From assembly GCA_965603825.1 (NCBI GenBank), contig CBFDEM010000041.1, forward strand, positions 310,001 to 374,000: a stretch of 64,000 bases of DNA, in the 5' to 3' direction. The notes below the pieces were generated by a model. It did no database searches. It was not told the origin of the DNA and was given only the letters and a program-made list of their open reading frames with translations. The DNA comes from Blepharisma stoltei ATCC 30299 (lineage: Eukaryota; Protista; Ciliophora). How positions within the stretch are numbered: the stretch's first letter is position 1; the number at the start of each line of letters is the position of its first letter. This document shows positions 22,909 to 37,116 of the stretch, in pieces. Position numbers and translations under genes: made by a program.

Positions 22909-24543
22909 ATGTATAGAGAAACATTAATCAAACAAGTTAGAGAAAGTAGTGTTGCTGGGGCTGATATTTTAAGGGTTTTAGACAGAGGAGTGAGCAGGCT
23001 GGATGAGTTCACAAGGATTGTGTCACCGCTGCAGGAAGCAATAATTAAGTTTGAAGAAGCTAGCTCCAGTATTGATAAACAGCTAAGTCAGGTGAAAGAT
23101 ATGGCGCAGCTGTCGAAAGAAGCTAATGGACTGGTCCAGATGCTGGGAAATCCAGATAATTTAAGGAATCATTTGAAAAACATTGGAAGAGCTCAGCAGA
23201 TAAGGACGATTTATCAAAAGAATCAGCAGTATCCAGACTCAGCTACACACTTAGAAGAGCTAACTCAAGCACTTAGCATTGGCTACACAAAATGTGCAGA
23301 CTTTCTTCAAGATCAGCTTATAAAATACTGTGAAATATATGCCCTCAATTCCATAGCTGAAGATCAAGCACAGCTAGAAATGATATCAAGCATTCAACAG
23401 CTCATAGAAGTTTGCAAAAAAACTGCTCCTCAATATTGGAAAATCTACTCAGATATTAGGTCTGCTCTCTTACTAAGGCATGTGAAAGTTCCTCAAAATA
23501 TTTCAAAACCATATGTGATTGGGTCGCATTACATTATTATCATGCTTGGCAGTTTCATTGAGTCCCTTGCGATAGAAAGCCAGCTGCTTCAAATGATTTT
23601 TCAGGTCGAAAACGTCACTGAGTGGCTTATAGATGTAAGTGAAGCAGCCTACCAGCATTTCTACGAAGCACTGCAGTCTCATTTCAACTCCCAAAGCAAT
23701 ATTTATCAAACCCTTGATATTTTGACAGCTTTTGGGCAGTCGCTTCCAGCCCTTGAACAATTATTGGGGAAGACAGTGAACTATTACAACTTAAGCAAAT
23801 GCTTTACGAATTTACTTCACAAATCTCAGTCGTGGTACAGGGATTATTCACAAGAAATCCAGTCAGCCAAAATTGACATCGGTGAATTTGTACACGATTT
23901 AGCATTTAAGTTAGCTGAAGAGATTAAAAAGGTCCATTTATTTCATGCAGGATTGAATATTGCCAAATTGGAGCAAGCCCCAAGCACTCTAATAGCAGCG
24001 TTGCTAGATACTTTCAGGATAAAAACGAGAGCACAGGCATCAAAACAGCCTGCGTTGTGCCATATTTTCATGATCAATAACCTTAGCTTTTGAATTCGGG
24101 CATTGCAAGATGTTGAAATCGCTGGAAAAACAGAACTGCTTAATAAAATCGAAAAAGAGCTGTTTTCTGAGATCGAGGACTATGCTCGAACTACCTGGGC
24201 AAAACTCCTTACCATTTTAAGTGATAATCCAACCATCATTGAGTTCAAAAAACAAGGAGTTTTGACACGAACTTCAAGAGACGCAGTAAAAAACAAATTC
24301 AAGCAATTTAATGCAGAATATTCCGAAGTCTTTAATTTCCACAAAAACTTCACCCTGTATAGCCCCGATGTCCTCGACACCCTCAGAAAGAAAAATCACT
24401 CTCTTATTGTCCCAGCTTATAGAGAATTCTTTAGGAAGTTTACATCAGTAGATTTTACAACCAGGAGAGAAAAATATTTGTTATATTCAATTGAAAGAGT
24501 TGATAGTGGAATTTCTTCAATGTATATCCTAAAAAATCGTTAA
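22909..24543 (+). CDS. EXO70: Exocyst subunit Exo70
   Basis: IFMINNLSF-W, VKNKFKQFNAEY, IVPAYREFF and KYLLYS; joined via TGA at 24091. Confidence 0.85.
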
Positions 24544-24616
24544 TTGATTCTAATTAAATCATTGTTATTATGATAGCAATTATTAAGGTTTCTAAAATCT
24601 CAAGGAAACTATTAAA

Positions 24617-25690
24617 TTATCTTTGGGGGTGGAACTTAAGCGCTTCTTCATAGACCATGCTTTGCAAGATTTCCTTGGTCGGCTCAAAATTATCAAAAGA
24701 CCAGTCAAATGGCTCGCTTGCAACAGGCTCTTCATCAGCGTTATGAAGGTCTTGAAAGTAAGGGTGGGCTAAGCACTGCTCCACGTTCCATCTTTTTTCG
24801 GGGTTAAAAACAAGCATTTTATCAAGCAAATCCAGCGCTACCGGATTTGCCTTCGGATACAGCGTGCTCCATTTCATTTTTTCTCTCTTCGGCAATTTGC
24901 TGATAAATCTTCTTGCAGCCGGGTTTCCAATAAAATGCATATCGTCAGCCGTCGGTGTGCCTAAAACTCCAATAACTCGCTGGACTTGATCTAAGTAATC
25001 GTCTCCAGGGAACAGCGGAGCTCTTCCTATGAGCTCAGCAAAAACGCACCCACAGCTCCAAACGTCAATTTGTTTGGTATACATAGATGAGTTCAAAATT
25101 ACTTCTGGGGCTCGATACCACCTGGTGACGACGTATTCGGTCAGATTTTCCGTTTCTCTGTCATAGCCTCTTGCCAAGCCCAGGTCGCAAATCTTGAGGT
25201 CGCAGTTTTTGTTGACGAGTAAATTGGAGGGTTTAAGATCTCTATGAATTACATTTGCTGAGTGCATATACAGCAGCCCGCGTAAGACTTGGTACATAAA
25301 ATACTGGATGTGGTCATCAGATAAATCCTGTCTTGAATACACAACTCTATGTAAATCCGTCTCCATCAGGTCTGTGACGATATAAATGTCATTGTACCCA
25401 GTCCTGCTTGGTGGCAGCTGCACGTCGAGTAGACTGATGATGTTCTCATGGTCAAAGAACCCGAGTAATTTAATTTCGCGGAGGATTCTCTTTGCGTCAA
25501 TCAGATCTTCGAATGCATTTGGAATTTTCTTGATTCCCACCTTTCCTCCTGCCTTTGAGTCATTTGCAGCAACTACAACGCCGTAAGCGCCCTGGCCTAT
25601 CTTCTTGATATAGCTAAAGCGGTCGTCCACAATAAAGGTGGTTCCTCCAGCTGAGAACTTGGTTTTTCCTGCAGGTGTTCTTTCTTCCAT
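24617..25690 (-). CDS. Mitogen-activated protein kinase (TEY activation loop)
   Basis: GQGAYGVV, HRDLKPSN and LTEYVVTRWYRAPE. Confidence 0.95.
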   Translation of the reverse strand: MEERTPAGKTKFSAGGTTFIVDDRFSYIKKIGQGAYGVVVAANDSKAGGKVGIKKIPNAFEDLIDAKRILREIKLLGFFDHENIISLLDVQLPPSRTGYNDIYIVTDLMETDLHRVVYSRQDLSDDHIQYFMYQVLRGLLYMHSANVIHRDLKPSNLLVNKNCDLKICDLGLARGYDRETENLTEYVVTRWYRAPEVILNSSMYTKQIDVWSCGCVFAELIGRAPLFPGDDYLDQVQRVIGVLGTPTADDMHFIGNPAARRFISKLPKREKMKWSTLYPKANPVALDLLDKMLVFNPEKRWNVEQCLAHPYFQDLHNADEEPVASEPFDWSFDNFEPTKEILQSMVYEEALKFHPQR

Positions 25691-25734
25691 ATTTAAATTA
25701 GACTATGAATTATGGTAAAAGAGATTAGTTAGCC

Positions 25735-27447
<1,713 letters not shown>

Positions 27448-28467
27448 CTAAATTTATTATCAAAATGGTGATATGCTTAAAAGTGCTTTATCGAATTTCT
27501 AGAAGTGACTATTCGAATTCAGATGTAGCGTATATTAATGAGATTAATGGCAATTAAAAATCATCTTAAGCATTGATTTCAATTCTTCAGATAGAATAAA
27601 TAATTCAAGATATTATATTTATGAAGGAAATATATTTCTGAGCATATAGTCCCGATGATGAAATTTTATCCCAATGTCTATTAAAATTACTCCAGCAATT
27701 ATGTCAATGCTTTTGAGTTTATCCTAATTATTGATTTCCTAAAATACAAATTATATATTGAATTTGGGATAAATAATTCTTGTATTTGAATATTTGAAGA
27801 AATTATGAAGTCAGATGATAGATTGGAGAAGTAAATGAAAGTATTGGGGCATATTAGAGAAATTATTAAGAATAAGTGAATTTTGGATTGAATGCTGAAC
27901 CATGAATTGATGATAGGTGTAATTCTTTTTTATAGAACTTTGGATCCTGTTGATAATTTTCTAAACGAAAATTGGATTATATTTGCCAAATCGAAAAAGA
28001 GCAAAACAAACTTTGCTCAGTTATATTTTATTAGATAATGAGCAAAATCGTTTGACGATTACTAATATTGATTTTTGAAATAATATAATTCGCTATTTTG
28101 CACGATATCTTTTTCAATATATATGCTTCATTTATAATTTATGCTAATTTCTATGTCTATTCTAAATCTTCAATTGCTACTTTTATTGCTCTTTTTAAAT
28201 TCAATTATATGACTATCAACACCATAAAATTCTATAATATAAATCCCGAATTTAATAATGGTGAAACAAAACTTGCCTTGCATCTTCCATCGAATAATTC
28301 TGAGAGCATATAGCAATTATAGTTATCATGAATTAATTGTTTATTCTAGAAATTATTACGTTTTTTATTAAAACATAAATTAAAGTAAAATGAATCGGTT
28401 TAAGAAATAATTCAATCTTTATTACTATGAATATTAATTGAGAGATTAATAATATAATTTTGTTAAA

Positions 28468-29406
28468 ATGAGTTGCCAAGAAACCCAGAGCTCATCCATG
28501 CTGAGCCAAGAAGAGATTTCAAGTAAAACTGAAAATATTTGCCACATAGAAAATTGTAAAAACGGAGCCCATGCAATATGCAAATGCCGTAGCCCATCAG
28601 TGTTTCTCTGTAAAGATCATATTTTATCCCACTTAGAAATAGCTTCTGACATTCCTCATCAAACGGACTTTTTTTACATAAAACTTGACCCAAAAGATAA
28701 CGAGTACATTGCAGATATAATTTTACAAGCAAAAGTAAAACTCCAATCTGATTATGAAAAAATCTTAAAAGTTTCCTCCGAAGTAATCCAATCTTTCACC
28801 TCGAAAATCACTCAGCACATCAGCAAAATTAAAACTCTCCAAAACGCCTACATTTCTGCACTAGAAAGTGTAATTTCAGCAGAAAAAATAAGCCGAGAAG
28901 CCCAAACCCCAATATTTCAAGAGCTTCAAAAGGACTTGCAAAAATTCAAGTCTGATATTTCTAACGTAAAGTGATTTTCATTTAAATTAGACAGCAATGG
29001 AATCATGGATGAGATCGACAATTTTTGTAGAATCCAGCTCAATAATCAGCAAGTTTTCAAATTTACTGGCCTAAAGGATGAGATTCTAGTTTATGAGAAA
29101 AGTGGGAATAAAGAAAGCGAAGATGTTATTATAGAATTTGAAGAAGTTTATGCTGAAAAGTCTGAAGAGGAGGAAGAAGAGGAGAATAGATGAAACTATG
29201 ATAGCGTGGATTACGAAGAAGGAGAGTTGAGAGACTTTTACGAAGAGGAAGAAGAGGATACGTATGAAGAGCAGTTCGAAGAGCAGTTTGAAGAGCAGTA
29301 TGACCCCTGGGACGATTATGAAGAAGACTATGGAGAAGACGAAGAGTTATATGTGAGAACCAATCAGCAAGAAAGTTATTCTGAATATTCGGATGAAGAT
29401 TATTAA
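28468..29406 (+). CDS. Hypothetical protein with N-terminal Cys/His (B-box-like) cluster, coiled coil and very acidic tail
   Basis: CHIENC..AICKC..FLCKDHILSH; three ORFs join by TGA at 28972 and 29191. Confidence 0.65.
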
Positions 29407-29477
29407 TTAAGATTTGCTATAAATAAAAAATATGATTTAAAGCATTAATAAGAAGGGATATATTAGCATGCCCCACA

Positions 29478-30254
29478 TTAAGGCTGATAAACTGATTTTT
29501 TCCCCAAAACCTTTTGCTCCAATTGGCTTAATAGAAATTTTGATCTTTGGTGAAATTCCAAAAAATACTGCTGAAGCGAGTGAAGATTTGAGGCTTCTTT
29601 TGGCGGTTCTTGAGGCTGAATTTTTGCATTTTCTGGGGTATCTTTTCTCTCTGTTGTGCGGGATTTTGATCTTCCTCCATATAAAGCAATTTTAGAAGCT
29701 CTGTTCGCATCTAGATATTTGGAGTCAAAAGAAATGTTTTCTCTACGAGTTTTTTTCCTTTTAGTTCTATACACATCAGGAATTTTTGATTGAATGACTG
29801 ATTTACTTAATTTTTGATCATTTTTAAATAGAGGCAGGCCTTCAAATAGCTGCTTGAGTTCTTGTGCAACATTATTTAGATCTGATAAATTATTAGGGGA
29901 TTTTTGTGGAACTTCTTTATATTGGCGTGGTTGCATTAAAGAAGTGAATTTGGCTCGTCCTTCTTGAGTAGGTGTCAGTGAATATTTTCTGGCTATGTGA
30001 TTTTCTATATTTAAAGGAGGGTGAGGACTAAGCTTAGGCTCTTTTATCTTTGTAAAAACATGTCGCTGATTCGGTTTTGTTTTGGAAATTATTGGAATTT
30101 TTGATTCTTTATCATAATCTTCTGGGATCTCTGTACTTTTTCGATAAGGCTTCGGGCGGCTTCTCTTTGATAATTCTGGAGAAATTCGAGAATTAGATTC
30201 AACTGGTACTCTGAAGAGTATCCCATCTCTGATCCTGTAATTTCTTTCTTCCAT
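29478..30254 (-). CDS. Hypothetical protein
   Basis: 258-aa ORF, ATG to TAA. Confidence 0.6.
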   Translation of the reverse strand: MEERNYRIRDGILFRVPVESNSRISPELSKRSRPKPYRKSTEIPEDYDKESKIPIISKTKPNQRHVFTKIKEPKLSPHPPLNIENHIARKYSLTPTQEGRAKFTSLMQPRQYKEVPQKSPNNLSDLNNVAQELKQLFEGLPLFKNDQKLSKSVIQSKIPDVYRTKRKKTRRENISFDSKYLDANRASKIALYGGRSKSRTTERKDTPENAKIQPQEPPKEASNLHSLQQYFLEFHQRSKFLLSQLEQKVLGKKSVYQP

Positions 30255-30645
30255 TTAAGTTTTGTTTAAATGATTATAGAAAATTAGAATACTTTTTAAG
30301 AAAAATCATAGCTCTCATTAGAATAAGGCTGAAAATAATTAAGAGAAGGGTTTTTTAATTAAAATCAATTATTTAAATATACTAAACAGTAGCATATTGC
30401 TGATTAGTTAAAATTATTAGACTATAAAAAACACTAAACTTATTTAAACAAAGGTAGTGCTCATTATATGAATTGTTTAAAATTCTTAAAAGACTTGTTA
30501 TATCTTAAATCTTATATAAAACTCTGGAATTTAAAAGATAAATAGGTGTGAAACTCTAATAAGATAAAGATCTATAAGAAGATATAAAATGATATATTGC
30601 CTTAAGGATCTTTTGAATTTAAAGTTATAAGAAACTTTTTGAAAG

Positions 30646-31596
30646 CTATGATATTACATTATTTTTAATAGAACCTTTGCTATATTCTATTTCATAATCA
30701 TTGATTTGTTGAAAAACACTTATATCGTTGTTAGATTTGTTAATCGCATTTGATAGTAGAATTCTCCTTCTCCTAGTCGAAATTGCAATGAATGGTGAAA
30801 TATGCTGAGCTTTAGAGGACTGTAGAATCTTAGCAACATCCAAAATTAATTTCCTCACCAAGCCTTTATAAAATAGGCTTTGAAATTGTAAGAACTTTAC
30901 GTTTTCGTTTCTAAAGCATGCGAGCAACCTTTTTCCTTTCGAGATATTGCGAATAACTCCCAGCTCAACTAAACTTTTAGCGATGTCTAGCCAAAACAAA
31001 TACCCGATATTATCTTTGTCAATTCTGTCCCATATATTGTGGATTGCTGCTAAAAGCTGATCGAACTCTGACTGAGGATTTTTCACCCGGTAGTTTCGGT
31101 GATTCAACGATAAAACTTTGGACTTTTTGTGTTCAGAAATCAAAATTGTTAGTGTTTTTTCTGCGTAAGAATCATCACACATCATAAGGAGATGATGTTT
31201 GCTAATAGTAAGCATATTAAAAGGCCTGGATTCGTCGATTGTGAATATAGAGACAATGCTTTTTGAGCTCGCAGACAGATTGAGACTAATAAAAAATCTT
31301 ACTAAATCATAAACTTTAACTTCTCCTAAAGCGTTTTGGGGGAGAATTTTAAAAATTCCTTCAATAGCTTGGCCAACTATTGTATTATTTTCAAATTTAG
31401 GCTCTTTCCGAGCACATTTGGGGACTTCGCTGTGGCTGCGTGACCGTGAAACAGCCTCAGAAATTACTGCGTTAAAGATATCAGGGAATTTTACTGATGG
31501 TAGTAAAGCAGATCTGGGGCTGTCAAGGGGAAGATATACTCCAAAAGAGCTATCAAGTGGTTTTAGTATAATAGGCTTTTTGCTTATTTTTTTCAT
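30646..31596 (-). CDS. Hypothetical protein with degenerate EF-hand-like motif
   Basis: 316-aa ORF with IWDRIDKDNIGYL; ends in TAG. Confidence 0.55.
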   Translation of the reverse strand: MKKISKKPIILKPLDSSFGVYLPLDSPRSALLPSVKFPDIFNAVISEAVSRSRSHSEVPKCARKEPKFENNTIVGQAIEGIFKILPQNALGEVKVYDLVRFFISLNLSASSKSIVSIFTIDESRPFNMLTISKHHLLMMCDDSYAEKTLTILISEHKKSKVLSLNHRNYRVKNPQSEFDQLLAAIHNIWDRIDKDNIGYLFWLDIAKSLVELGVIRNISKGKRLLACFRNENVKFLQFQSLFYKGLVRKLILDVAKILQSSKAQHISPFIAISTRRRRILLSNAINKSNNDISVFQQINDYEIEYSKGSIKNNVIS

Positions 31597-31793
31597 AGGG
31601 TCTGCTAATTAATATATTACTCATTTTATTAGGATTAGCTGCATTGAATATTTATCAGAAATCTACATCCAGAAATCAAGCAGAGACTTTAGGATACTCA
31701 TTTTTCTACTTACAAGCAACTTTCATCAAATTAAAATAGAAAAATAATATAAAGAATTGCTAAAAAAGGTTTATATAAGAATTCAGAAGTTAA

Positions 31794-32051
31794 CTATAAT
31801 GCAAGATCACTAGTGCTGGAATATTCAAGGGAACGATTGTGCTTCTTAGCCTGAGGGAACTCTTTCTTTCATCTTTCAAATATGTAATTTTTTGCTTGGA
31901 AAGCTTGCTCGACACAAGATTTTATGCAAACTTTTTGGCTATCAGCTATATGCAAGGCGTATAAGTCTAGATCACATGTTTTGAAGCAGTGCTCAGATAG
32001 CTTGGAGACAGTTGCCTGAACAGTAAGAATTTGCTCTGTCTCTTCGTCCAT
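31794..32051 (-). CDS. Small Tim (Tim8/9/10/13 family) twin CX3C chaperone
   Basis: CFKTC...CIKSC; extended via TGA at 31869 to TAG at 31794, giving 85 aa. Confidence 0.75.
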
Positions 32052-32497
32052 TTAATTATAATCAAAGTATTTAATATTGGCTTTCTCTGTTCAATAGCTT
32101 TTATCTTTCAGTCTTTCAATAAATTGCTTTTATTAATTAGAGACTTAGCATCCTTACTAGCATTTAAAGATTTATAATATAGCGTTTTTAGAGAGTAGTT
32201 TTTAAAATGTTGATTTAAATAGCATCACATTATCTTTTACTTTTGAATTCTAAAAAAATTAAGCATCGTCCAAAATTAAAACCCCATTTGAAAATTTATG
32301 TAAAATTCAACCACTCTTTTTTCTTTGATAAAAGGATAAAGCACAAAAAATTAAATTCAATATATTTAAAATATAAGCCAGTGCTTTATCTTCTAAACCT
32401 GATTCTAACATGTTACGACTTAAAATTAAATTAAATTTTTGATTCTGGTGAAAATATGCAATTACAGCCATTTTGTTGGTGAAATTATAAAATAAGG

Positions 32498-33604
32498 ATG
32501 AAGCTTTCATTATTTGCTCTCCTCTTTATCGTTGCTCTCGGATCGATCGATATCCCACTGTCTCCTATTTATGAGACTGAAGAAGAACAAATGGCTTACT
32601 TCAAGTTCATTCAACTTAGAAGATTCTTGAAGGGAAACAATCTTCCTATCACCAACTACATGGACGCCCAATACTACGGCTCTATCGCTCTTGGAACACC
32701 TCCTCAGCCTTTCACAGTGGTTTTCGACTCTGGTTCCTCAAACCTCTGGGTTCCATCAGCAAAATGCACTTCACTTGCCTGCTACGTCCACAACACCTAC
32801 AACTCCGCTGCCTCATCCACTTATGTCGCAAACGGAAAAGCCATTTCCATTCAATACGGCTCAGGAGCTTGCAGTGGCTTTATCTCACAAGACACCTTAA
32901 GTTGGGCTGGCTTAACAGTTAAGAGTGTTTTCTTCGGAGAAATGACTTCTCTTCAAGGCTCAACCTGGGTCAGCAGCAAACCAGACGGTATCCTTGGTAT
33001 GGCTTGGCCAGCAATTTCCGAAGACGGACTTGAACCAGCTTTCATGTACTTGGCTCAGCAAAACCTTGTGTCCAGCAACAGCTTTGCATTCTACCTTACT
33101 AAGACTGCAGGCCAATCTGGAAGTGTACTCACCTTGGGAGGCTACAACTCAGCACTTACCAAAGGAGATTGGAACTACATTCCTCTTTACAAGCAAGAAT
33201 GGTGGCTCATTCAAATGGGATCAATCAGTGTTGGTGGAAAAACAATTTCTGGGTCTGGATTCAAAGCCATTCTCGACACTGGCACTTCACTTCTTGTCGG
33301 CTCTCCAAGCATTGTCAACCAAATCCTTGCCTTGATTCCTTCTGTAGCTCAAGATTGCTCAAACCTTGCAAAACTCCCAACTGTTAACATTGTTCTTGGA
33401 GGAGTCACTTATGCTATGCCACCAAGTGCTTACGTTTGGCAAATTCCTAATGGAAGCGCAAATCAATGTATTAATGGATGGCAAGCTGATGACTTAGGAT
33501 CAGAACTCGCAAATACAGTCATCCTTGGAGATCTCTTCATCAGAACTTATTACACCCTTTTCGATATGGGCGGCTCAAGAATTGGACTTTCTACAGCAGT
33601 TTAA
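32498..33604 (+). CDS. Secreted or lysosomal pepsin-like aspartic protease (A1 family)
   Basis: Signal peptide, NYMDAQYYG, FDSGSSNLWVPS, ILDTGTS and ILGDLF. Confidence 0.95.
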   Translation: MKLSLFALLFIVALGSIDIPLSPIYETEEEQMAYFKFIQLRRFLKGNNLPITNYMDAQYYGSIALGTPPQPFTVVFDSGSSNLWVPSAKCTSLACYVHNTYNSAASSTYVANGKAISIQYGSGACSGFISQDTLSWAGLTVKSVFFGEMTSLQGSTWVSSKPDGILGMAWPAISEDGLEPAFMYLAQQNLVSSNSFAFYLTKTAGQSGSVLTLGGYNSALTKGDWNYIPLYKQEWWLIQMGSISVGGKTISGSGFKAILDTGTSLLVGSPSIVNQILALIPSVAQDCSNLAKLPTVNIVLGGVTYAMPPSAYVWQIPNGSANQCINGWQADDLGSELANTVILGDLFIRTYYTLFDMGGSRIGLSTAV

Positions 33605-33779
33605 GTAATTTCATTCAACAAAAAGTTTTATAAAATAAGTTTTTAAATGGAATTTCTCGCAATCTATCTAGACTAGATTTAAACAATTTCGCATGAATTA
33701 GCACAGCTTATTTATATAAAGATATCTACTCAAAAGATATAGAAGCAATTAATTTATCAGGAATTATTTTAATTTTTAA

Positions 33780-36700
33780 ATGCAAGACCCAAACATTTCA
33801 GTTGCCTATGTCATTGAGAAATTCAAGAAAAAAGGCTTTAACTGCTTAAACTTAGAAGAAATCGCTATCACACAAATAACTCCTAACTGGCCTCAAGAAT
33901 TTTACTCCTCCACAGGAGAAGACTGAAACAGCTACCAAGACAAAGCTTCTGAAAGGCTTAAAAGAGCGAATTTCAACTTAAAGTGATTATCTACACCCTC
34001 AAATCCTGCACAATCTCCTTTATTTTCCGCAATTTCTAGAGGTGATTTAAAAAAAGTAGAAGAATTTCTCTCTTCAAATGATTTGAAATCATGCATAGAT
34101 GCGGTCGATGAAACAAAGAAGTCATGCCTTCATATTGCGGCTAAGGAAGGACAATCAAAAATTGTTGAATTCTTATCTCAGCAAGGTTTTTCGATAGAAG
34201 CCCGTGATAAATTATTAACAACTCCTTTACATCAGGCAAGCAATTCAGGTCATTCTAATATTGTTTCGTATTTGCTTTTAAAAGGTGCAGATCCACATGC
34301 AGTTGACATTTCAGGCAGGACAGTGCTTCTATACGGTTCTCTTTCGCCGAATTCTAATGTAATTGATGTTCTGCTATCACATGACTCAACTTTGATTGAC
34401 GACAAAGATTTTTCTGGGAGAAGTGCTTTGCATTATGCAGTGTTCAATCCTCATCCAAAGCAGGTTGATATCATGAGGAAGTTATTGGAGTTTGGCCTTC
34501 CTGTTGATGTTCAAGACAATGATAAAAGGACGCCTCTTCATCATGCTTGTGAGGCGGGGAAACCAAGAGCTATAAGACTACTCTTAAAATGAGGGGCTAA
34601 TATCGAAATCAGAGACTTGATTAGCAACAAAACGCCGCTTGACCTCTCTGCTAACCAGAACATAAGGCAGCTTGTGCTACTATATTCACAGGATAATAAA
34701 CAAGCTGATCGTCCTGTTAAAACACAAAAAATAACAGAAGACAAGCTGCCAAATATTAAAAAGTCTCCAATTGACACAATACAAAATTCGATTTATAAAG
34801 AAAAGCTCCTCTCATTGTTAAAGAGAGTTCAAGAAGCAGGAGTCAACACCAACCAGCACTATATTAAACCATATCTATACTCTGGAATGTGGCTTGAGAA
34901 AATTCAAAGTGTCGGAAACTTGCACAAAGAGCTTTCTACTTTAAACCCATCGGAAGCTGTTTTGCAGGTATTTAACGTATTGTTCCCCTATCCAAAGCCT
35001 TTACCTATTCCTCCAATAGATGATAATGAAATGCAAGGATTTTTTGGCAAGTATGAGCCAACAAGAAAATATGATGCAGTATTCCAGGGAAGCAGCGATG
35101 ATTCAAGAATATTAAAATTACAGCAGCAATTACAAAATAGCGATTCGAAAATATTTGATTTACAGCAGCTAATATATAGCTTGGAAAAAAGAATCAAAGA
35201 GTTGCAGATTGATTCTGAAAATAAAAGCACTGAAATTAATAATTCCGCCAAAATAATAAAAGAGTTGAGAGACAAACTTATCAATGTTACAAAAGAAAGT
35301 TCGAGCAAAGAAGATTATGAACAAATCAAACTTGAAAAAGCTGAGGCTTTAAAAACTATAGAGAAACTTAAAAAAGAACTTGCATCACGTAGCATTTCAC
35401 AAGATGGTCCAAAAGAAAACGAAAGCAATGCAGAAACAAATGTCGAGCTTCAAGAAACAATTGAGAAGCTTAAAAAAGAAAATCGAGCACTTCGATTCAG
35501 AGCTGGACAGATTCTTTTAAAAGGATTAGAAATTAAAGAAGCCCAAACTCCAAACACTGCAGAAGTCCAATTAAAAGATGATGAGACCTTGCAGAGACTT
35601 GAAGAAGCACTCGTTGATAATCCACCAAATTTTAGGAAAAGATTGACTGAAGCTGACTCTAATAAAGATGGAAAAATTACGAAAGCAGAACTAACTAGGG
35701 TTTTAGCAAAACTGATTTTAGTCCCACAGGATATAATTGTTATGCTCAGAATTTCAGGCTTTCGCCAAGGAGTTACGGCAGTTCCTATAGATGATATTGC
35801 AGAATTACTTGAAAAGCGATTAGAAAATAGGAATAAATTAGAGATGGACCTATTCACTAGATTGGCTGAACACTTTCAAAGTAGCAATTTGAGCGTTGAT
35901 CAAGCTTTTGATTTTATAGATGTAAATAAAGATGGATATGTAAATTTTCAAGAACTGTCTGATGCTCTTGATGCAATTAATCTGCCATTAAACAGAGAAG
36001 ACAGGCATGCTCTATTTACAGTTTTTGATAGTGATCATAATGGATACATTTCATTAGATGAACTTAAAATAAGACTAAACAATATACCAATTAGTCTAGA
36101 AAAACCTTCAAAAGTGAATACAAGTAATAGCTTTACCCAAAAAGGAGATGAAGAAGAAAACCCAAAAATTATGCAGAGGGAGATTATTACAAAAAATCCA
36201 ATCCCAAAGCAGATTAAACCAAGCAAAGAAGTAGAAGACATCGAAATTGGGCCTTTTGAAACTGGGCCCAAAACCAAAAATCAAATACTGAAAACTCTTA
36301 ATAAAAAACCAATAGAAAAAGTTGACGATCTCAGTCCAATACCTCGCCCCAGCCAAAAGCCTCCAAATAATAATTTTGAGGTAAAAGAAGAGACTTATGA
36401 TCCAAATAAAGATAATCTAAAGAATTCAAGCAAAAGAAAAGTTCTTGCTAGAAGAGGACTCAAACAAAATGGAAAGTATTATTTTATATGCGCATATGAA
36501 ACAAAAACTGGAATTGAAGTAGAGCTGCATTTAGTTGATAATAAGAATAGCCCAATGTATTTAGTTAAGGATAAAGCATTAGTAGACAGGACAGATGATA
36601 TTAATACCATTTTATCCAAAATATCAATTACGCCAGATAACAAAATAACATTCGCCACTTATCAAAATAAAGATGATGATCTAAAGAAAACAAGCAAAAG

Positions 36701-36926
36701 AGAAGTTCTTGCAAGAAGAGGATTCAAGCAAAATGGAAAGTACTATTTTGTTTGTGCATATGATGCAAAGGCAGGAATTGAAATAGAGTTGCATTTGGTA
36801 GATAGCAAGGATAAGCCAATGTATTTAGTTCAAGATAAGGCCTTAGTTGATCGAAGCACTGACATTAATAAAATTTTGTCCAAAATTTCAATAACACCAA
36901 ATAATAAAATAACTTTTGGTGCTTAA
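33780..36926 (+). CDS. Ankyrin-repeat, coiled-coil and EF-hand protein with duplicated C-terminal domain
   Basis: TPLH repeats; LLK-W-GANIE via TGA at 34590; EF-hands DSNKDGKI, DVNKDGYV and DSDHNGYI. Upstream ATG at 33780 is in frame. Confidence 0.85.
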
Positions 36927-37116
36927 AAACGAAACTTACGATAAATCATGTTCCTCTCTTGCTGTGAGCATAATTAATTGAATTGATATTAATTATTATT
37001 ATGAATGGGTTCCTTCAAATATCATTATAGATTTAAATAAGTCCATTTTTAATTTTAAAATATATTAAGATCTCTTCTTTGAAAATAACTGGCAATATGC
37101 TTAATATACAATAAAT

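Noticed and set aside
27493-27520. Heat-shock-element-like GAA/TTC cluster upstream of HSP60
   Set aside because: Only two correctly spaced units (TTCtaGAA), which is too weak in AT-rich DNA.
32720-32740. DSG instead of DTG at the first catalytic motif of the aspartic protease
   Set aside because: D-S-G is a tolerated variant in A1 proteases, and both catalytic Asp residues are intact.
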